Source: the human T2T-CHM13v2.0 reference genome, Homo sapiens
Assembly: GCF_009914755.1 (NCBI RefSeq)
Contig: NC_060937.1
Reading direction: 5' to 3' (one strand)
DNA: 64,000 nt
A program made the translations under genes and the position numbers. The notes beneath the pieces are model-generated. The model was not told the DNA's origin. It made no database searches and saw nothing but the letters and a program-made list of their open reading frames with translations. This document shows positions 56,500 to 64,000 of this stretch, piece after piece. The number at the start of each line of letters is the position of its first letter. The first letter of the stretch is position 1.

Positions 56500-57167
56500 T
56501 GCTATAGTCTTGACTCCATCCTAAGTTTGGATGTTTGTCCCCCAAACTTCATGTTGCAATTTGATTCCCAATGTTGGAGGTGGGGGCCTAATGACAGTAG
56601 TCGGGGTCATGGGGACAGATCCCTCATGAACGTCTTGGTGCCGTCCTCAAGGTGATGAGTGAGTTCTCGTTCTATTAGCTCCCACGAGAGCTGTTGTTTA
56701 AAAAAAGCCTGGCACCTCCCTCCCTCACCCCCTCCCTTGCCATGTGATCTCTGTACACACCAGTGCCCTTCATCTTCCACCATGAGTGGAAGTCACCGAA
56801 GGCACTCAACAGGTGCCCAATCTTCCAGCTAGCAGGACCACGGGCCAAAAAAAAAAAAACCTTTTTTTTTTTAAATAAATTACTCAGTCTCAGGTATTCC
56901 TTTATAGCAAGTTTGTTCAACCTGCAGCCTGCAGGCTGCATGAGGCCCAGGACAGCTTTGAATGTGACCCAACACAAATTTGTAAACTTTCTTAAAACAT
57001 AATGAGATTTATGCACAGATTTTTTTTTTTTTTAGCTCATCAGCTATCGTTAGTGTTAGTGAATTTTATGTGTGGCCCAAGACAATTTTTCTTCTTCCAG
57101 TGTGGCCGAGGGAAAGCCAAAAGATTGGGCACCCCTGCTTTATAGCAACACAAAACAGACTAAGACA
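56500..57167 (+). mobile_element. MST (MaLR) LTR inserted in MER31
   Basis: TGCTATAGT..TTTGGATGTTTGTCCCC..GGTCATGGGGACAGATCCCTCATGAA..CAGTCTCAGGTATTCCTTTATAGCAA..ACAGACTAAGACA. Confidence 0.85.
56908..57137. mobile_element. MER30 hAT MITE (230 bp) inserted in MST
   Basis: Ends CAAGTTTGTTCAACC / AAGATTGGGCACCCCTG; perfect 8-bp TSD CTTTATAG (56900-07 and 57138-45). Confidence 0.9.
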
Positions 57168-57244
57168 CCCCTGTTCCAACAGTCTTGAATAAAATCTTCC
57201 TTGCCATTTTTAACAAGTTCAGAATAATTCCTCTTTAACAGTTC

Positions 57245-57745
57245 TAATACTACCCCAAAACTTCGTTGCTAGAAACCACCATTTGGTTTTGCTCACAGTG
57301 TGGGAGGGGCATGGGAGAAGTCTGTCTGGGACCCATGAGGAGTCAGCTGGGAGCTGGGGCTGAGCAGCCACTTCCACGATGGCATCTTCACTCCCATGTC
57401 TGGCACTTGGGGCCTTCCTGGCCTCTCCCTCTCTTCCTGGCAGCTCATCCTCCAGGGCTTCACACTGTGGCCTCTCCAGCATGGTGAGTGCAGGCATTCC
57501 TGAGACATCTTGCATGGGGTGGCAGCTGACATTCCTGAGTGCGTGTCCTGGCAGGGCCTGGAGAAGCTGCAGAGCTGGAAATCCCACATGTCATTTCTGC
57601 CACATGCTAGTGGCCAACCAAGTCTCTGAGGATGGCTCAGAGTCAGGGGGAGGGAGGAACAGACTCCACCCCCAAAGGGGAGGTGGCTTGCATGTCCAGG
57701 GAGGGGAGGAATTGATGGTGGCATCTTAGAGACAAGCTACCCATC
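57245..57745 (-). mobile_element. MLT1 (F/G-like) LTR
   Basis: TACCCCAAAACTT..TTTTGCTCACAGTGTGGG..GGCCTCTCCAGCATGG..GTCATTTCTGCCACAT. Confidence 0.72.
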
Positions 57746-57794
57746 TACTGTCACCTGCTCCAGGTTTCGCTGCTCTCAAAACAGGACACCCAGG

Positions 57795-58105
57795 TGGTCA
57801 CGGTGGCTCACACCTGTAATCCCAGCACTTTGGGAGGCCAAGGCGGGTGAGTTCAGGAGTTCAACACCAGCCTGGCCAATATGGTGAAACTCTGACTCTA
57901 CTAAAAATACAAAAATAAGCCAGGCATGGTGGCATGCACCTGTAGTCCCAGCTACTCGGGAGGTTGAGACAAGAGAATCGCTTGAACCCAAGAGGTGGAG
58001 GTTGCAGTGAGCCACAGATCATGCCACTGCACTCCAGCCTGGGTGACAGAATGAGACTCCTTTTCAAAATAAATAAATAAATAAATAAATATTAAAATAA
58101 AATTA
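57795..58105 (+). mobile_element. Alu (AluS) with (TAAA)n tail
   Basis: Dimer with a left-arm deletion. Confidence 0.9.
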
Positions 58106-58315
58106 AAACAAGACACCCCGAGGAACTAACCCTGGGGCCACTGGCTTCTCTCTGACATTCCAAACTTCACAGTCACTTTATATTTTTTAATAGTAGATGA
58201 GTTTCCAACCTGAAATAGTTCCAGTGGTCAAAGCTCAAGCAATTTGAGCGACAAAGTAAATAACATCATATTCATTTATAATCCAAACTATAAAATAAAA
58301 ATCTGTGAGTTCTTA

Positions 58316-58778
58316 TGAGGCAGGAGAATAGGGAATTCAAAAGCAAAAGAACAGCAGGCACAGCCAGTTCTAGGCAAGATTGGTCAGCATCCAGGCCACA
58401 TCCTCACTCCTGGGATAACAAGACAGAAACTTCCACTTCAGCTTCTGATTGACCGTGGGTCATTTCCACTTAGCCTCTGATTGGTTGCGGGCCAATCCTC
58501 CACAGGGTGTAACTGATTGGAGGCCTCTAAAGGGCACCGAGGAGTGTTACCAAATTCTTTTAGCCTAATAAAAACCCTAAACATTGCAATTGGTGGGGGA
58601 GCTCTTGAGCTGCTTTCTCAAGCTCACTCCCAGTCTGTGGAGTAAACTTTCCCTTCAATAAATCTGTGCTTTCACTACTCCGTTCTTTTGTTGCTTTGTT
58701 TGTGCTTTTTGTTCAATTCCTTGTTCAACACGCCAAGAACCTGGATGACTCACAGTCAAGACCTTCCATCTGGTAACA
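58316..58778 (+). mobile_element. MER51-like ERV1 solo LTR
   Basis: TGAGGCAGGAGAATAGG start, ..TGGTAACA end, repeated CTCTGATTGG boxes, AATAAA in the R region. Confidence 0.8.
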
Positions 58779-59365
58779 ATGACAGATAAAATGAATAAAC
58801 GAATAAGTGGAGGAGATGAGACAACCATCCCATATAAAAGAATTCCAAATAATGTATATGGATACTCCCCCATCAAAAAGCAGACTTTAACTCCCCACCC
58901 CCTTAAGTGTGGGCTGCACTTACTTTTGCTTCCAAAGACTACAGGATGGAAGGAGGGAATAAGTAACTCAACAACAGAAAAACCTGACAAACACTATTCA
59001 GCCGGGTGATCAAGGTCAACAACAACAGTGATATGTCATTTTGATAGTATGTGCCCTTGACAGGATGTGATGAGAACGGCACTTAACCTCTGTGGTCTTC
59101 CTGCCAAGAACACATAGCCCCAGTCCAATTGTGGGAAAACCATTAGACACATCCCAATAGAGGGACGGTCTACAAAATACCTGACCAGGACTCCCCAAAA
59201 CTGTCAAGGTCATGAAAAACAAGGAAAACCTGAGAAATTGTCACAGACCAAAGGAAGTTAAGGAAACATGATGCCTGGATGGGATCCTGGAACAGAAAAA
59301 AATGGTAAGGAAAAACTGATGAAATCTGAATAAAGCATACAGTTTAGTCAATAAGAACGGACGAA
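58779..59365 (+). mobile_element. L1MC/MD 3' UTR fragment
   Basis: CCCTTAAGTGTGGGCTGCAC..GAAAAACCTGACAAACACTA..GGTGATCAAGGTCAACA..CTGGATGGGATCCTGGAACAGAAAAA; also continues at ~58190-58315 and after 59685. Confidence 0.75.
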
Positions 59366-59370
59366 TATCA

Positions 59371-60383
<1,013 letters not shown>

Positions 60384-62468
60384 TATATGGAATTCTCTGA
60401 GCTACCTTTGCAACTCTTTTGTAAATCTAAGACTGATCTAAAACTAAACAGCTCATCTAAAAAGTCAGATAAGTCTAAGTCAAAACAATCTTAAGTCATT
60501 AATATGAGACTAAGGAATAGAAAACCAGGCGAAAAAGGTCTAAGCCTCACAACACCTGGAGCCTTACTTAAAACAGCAGTTAAGAGGACACAAATGGAAT
60601 CAAAAGAGATAATGACTTTACTAAATTGTAATTACCTCAGATTTGGGATTTAGAATTTTGAAATTATCAGTGACAGTACATGTTGTCATTAATTATAAAA
60701 GATAAACTAGACTGTGATTCAATTTAAATTTGGAATTTCAAATTTTGTTCTCCTTTCTTCTGCTTCATCCCGATTGGATACATCTCTGAACTGTAAATTG
60801 CATTTGCAATGACAGCAAAGACGTTTGAGTCAGAATGTCCTCCTCCTAAGTGATGACTATATTCATGAAAGGGTGATGAGGCAATGCAGTCATCTCTGTG
60901 CATTCCAGCTGCCTGATGACGCTTAACCAACCACCAGAAGCAACTTCTAGGTGAGGGGAGGCTGCAGGGATTTAAAGTTTTAGAGTGTTAACTCCAAAAG
61001 TGCTGGTATGGATGCCAGTGACACCAGGGCAGCAGCAGCATTTTCCCACAGCTGTTTCTCAGTGGAGATGCTACTTGGACGCTCACTTGGCCATGGCAAC
61101 GGGCTGTCAGCTTCCAATCAAGCTGCCATTTGAGTGGCAGCTCAGTGGGAAACCCAGATGAGCACAATGAGGCCCCGCTCCTCAAGGCCAACTCCCTAAT
61201 AAACGTAGCTCTTTTCCCAGGCTAAGGGTGCTGTGAAAATGCCCCTTATTTCCTGCATCCCACTGTGTCAGTTCCCATCGCTGTCTTTTTCAATGAGCCA
61301 GCATTCATACATGAGAAGTGGTAATAGCATGGTTTTGAGAGTGCATTTGATTTTGTCTTCCTAAGAAAGGACTCACGCGGAGGACAAAGGCTCCCTTCAT
61401 CACATTCTAGTGAAGTGCTTGAGAGGGAGGCCGGCAGAGAGAAGGTTACATATGTGGTGAGGGGGTTCGATTTTATTCCAAGTGCACTGGGAAGGCATTG
61501 GAAGGTGCAACCATTCAAGGAAAGTGTGTTCTGGGGAATTTAAGAGATCTGCCTGGAACTGGGGGCAAGTTTAGTGGCTCTGCCATGGCCCTCATTCATT
61601 TTAATGACATGGTAGAAAATTGGGATCGAAAGAAACAATTCCCTGAAGTTTCGGTCTCTTTAAAGGATTTCCCCTACAAGCAGCTGTTTTCAGGGTATCC
61701 CACAATAAGATGGAATCAGGTTTTGATTTGAAAAGGAGCTCCTGGAACCCTATGCCGTCAGGTAGCATTTTTTAATTCATATACTAATGAATATTTCCTC
61801 ACCACTAGCAATGTGCCAGGCACTGTCCTGGGTACCAGGATTCATAGTAAGCAAGACTTGGCCCCTGCCCTTAAGTCACGTACAGCCCAGGGCTAGAGAG
61901 AGGTAGTAAAGGGGAACTGGCCTAGGAAAGACCAGCTGTGGTTTCATCAGGCTTTCGTAAGTTTGCCCAACTCATGCCAAGTTTAAACATCTGAAAAAAT
62001 GATTCCCAGATTGTCTCTGGGATTGAGACCCAGCAGCTCTTTATGTTTGACGCCTCCTTCAATCATCTGTAAAGTGCGCATGTGATTTAAGAACGACTTT
62101 TTCTGTTGACATTAATGAAATTACCAAGGTCAACAGTCATCCATTCAGATGCCTGAAAAGCTGGGACATTGACAAGGTTGAATTTGGGGGCCTCACATTC
62201 ATCTTTCCATATCCTTCCCACTCTCCTTAGAATTCTAAAATCTTTCATTCTCTCTCCTCATTCCACCCTCTCAGGAAAGAATCTAAAACTTACCCATATT
62301 GATATTTAAGGAACTGATGAAGCTCAAAGCATGTTTTAGGGGGACAAAGTTGCTTTCTTTGCTTTTGGCGTAAGCTTCACTAAATTCCACTGTAGATGGT
62401 TACTATATATTGAACAAAAGAATAAATGAATACATTTAAGCAAAGAAATTAAAATAAAAAATAAAATA

Positions 62469-62772
62469 GGCTGGGCACAGTGGCTCATATCTATAATCCC
62501 AGCACTTTCAGAGGCAGAGGCAGGAGGATCACTTGAGCCCAGGAGACCAGCCTGAACAGCACAGTGAGACCTCGTCTCTACAAACAAATTAAAAAATTAG
62601 CCAGACTTGGTGGCGTACACCTATAGTCTTAGCTACCCAGGAAGCTGAGGCAGGAGGATCAGTTGGGTCCAGGAGGTCAAGGCTGTAGTGAGCTATAATC
62701 GTGCCACTGCACTCCAGCCCAGGCAACAGAACAAGACCCTGTCTCACAAAAAAACAAAAAACAAACAAACAA
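62469..62772 (+). mobile_element. Alu (AluJ)
   Basis: Dimer with J-type GGAGGATCACTTGAGCCCAGG and GGTCAAGGCTGTAGTGAGCTAT. Confidence 0.9.
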
Positions 62773-63508
62773 ATAAGATGCGTTGGCCAGAGCAAAAGGG
62801 GAAGTAGAGTTAGGCAGTAGCATTCCACTACGCCAAATGAATTCATTAAGCAATCAACAAACAAAAACAAAGAAAGGATACTATAATAGAAAAAAATGTA
62901 GAGATGACGTGCCCCCAGAAACAGGAATCATCTGCCCCAAGAGAAGATAGTTAGCAACCTGATCCCCACACACATGTACTCACTATACTGTCAACCCTTC
63001 ACTCATTTTGCCAAGACTGGAAAAGGTGTATCATGGCCCGAAGCCAGTAGCAGCCCTCAGGCTATCTGATGTCTAAAGCTACTGGGCCAGAAGCTGACCC
63101 CACTGACAGAAGCCCTCTCTTTTTAACTGGGAGGGATGGAAAGTATGATGTGAAGCAACGGAATTTTGCATCCTATGTGTGTGTTGCTCCTTCCTGGGAA
63201 GCAGAGGCCTCTGATCTGCAAGGTCCACTACTGTAAAGGTAAGGACTATTAAACTCAGTCTCCCTGATAACTCTGCTCAGAGAGAGGGCGCCACCTCACT
63301 CCACTTTCTTCTTCCATTCCAATTCCACTGCCTCATGTATGCGTTTCCTTCCAGTAATCAATAAATTGTTGATTTCTTTTTCTAAAAGGAACACTTAAAG
63401 GTCTTAAATTATTCAACTTGTACCAATTGATATCGACTCTGTAGGTAATTCTTTTTTCAAGCCACCCTTTAAACAGCATGAAGACTCTGTGTTGTATGTT
63501 TGTTATCC

Positions 63509-63512
<4 letters not shown>

Positions 63513-63553
<41 letters not shown>
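63513..63553. repeat. (CA)~20 microsatellite
   Basis: Perfect CA run. Confidence 0.95.
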
Positions 63554-63556
<3 letters not shown>

Positions 63557-63819
63557 CTACCTTATCTAAGTGACTCTTTTACCTTTAAGATGAATTTTAA
63601 GTGGAGTTGCTTCCTCAGCCCTCCCAACTTCTCTGTGTATTGTGTGATAAACCTTCCAGAGGAAGGAAGAAGACAAAACCACAACTTTTTCTTAATGAAG
63701 GAGGCTGTGATTACACTTCTGAATTATGACAGACTGTTTTAGACCAAGGAAAGAATGCAGCAGGTTGCTGGCTGGGACAGAAGCAAGCTAACAATTTTTA
63801 GGTATTTATCTTGCATTCA

Positions 63820-64000
63820 GGCCGGACACAGTGGCTCATGCCTGTAACCTCAGCACTTTGGGAAGCCAAGGCAGGTGGATCACCTGAGGTCAGGAGTTCA
63901 AGACCAGCCTGGCCAACGTGGTGAAAGTCCGTCTCTACTAAAAATTAGTCAAGTGTGGTGGTACGCCTATAATCCCAGCTACTCCGGAGGCTGAGGCAGG
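63820..64000 (+). mobile_element. Alu (AluSx-like), cut by window end
   Basis: GGCCGGACACAGTGGCTCATGCCTGTAA... Confidence 0.92.

Larger units (their letters stand above)
56263..57240 (+). mobile_element. MER31-like ERV1 LTR (outer element of a triple nest)
   Basis: TGACAAGGACTCCTTCCTTGACCAAACTT..GGCTATAAATCCCCACTTG | ..GTCTTGAATAAAATCTTCC..CTTTAACA. Confidence 0.78.

Overview
Primate (human-like) genomic DNA rich in Alu, L1, MaLR/ERV and DNA-transposon relics. There is one protein-coding gene: AMER2 (FAM123A, APC membrane recruitment protein 2) on the minus strand, with CDS 15293->13278 (671 aa) inside a CpG island. The CDS contains an in-frame 357-nt exitron (14156-14512) that gives a 552-aa form. 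The sequence also supports a candidate 5'UTR intron and a ~7.9-kb 3'UTR ending at a textbook poly(A) signal near 5380. Other features are an RPL23A processed pseudogene (49699-50260), a 1.7-kb AT-rich minisatellite (1590-3315) and many nested repeats. Almost all other ORFs in the track are repeat-derived or chance ORFs. I found no convincing new biological system. The items most worth a second look are AMER2 transcript architecture (exitron, 5'UTR splicing and start-codon choice, a miRNA/Pumilio cluster just before the distal poly(A) site), loop micro-inversions inside the minisatellite, and reuse of one retrotransposition target site. Repeat subfamily names come from recalled consensus sequences, not from a RepeatMasker run.
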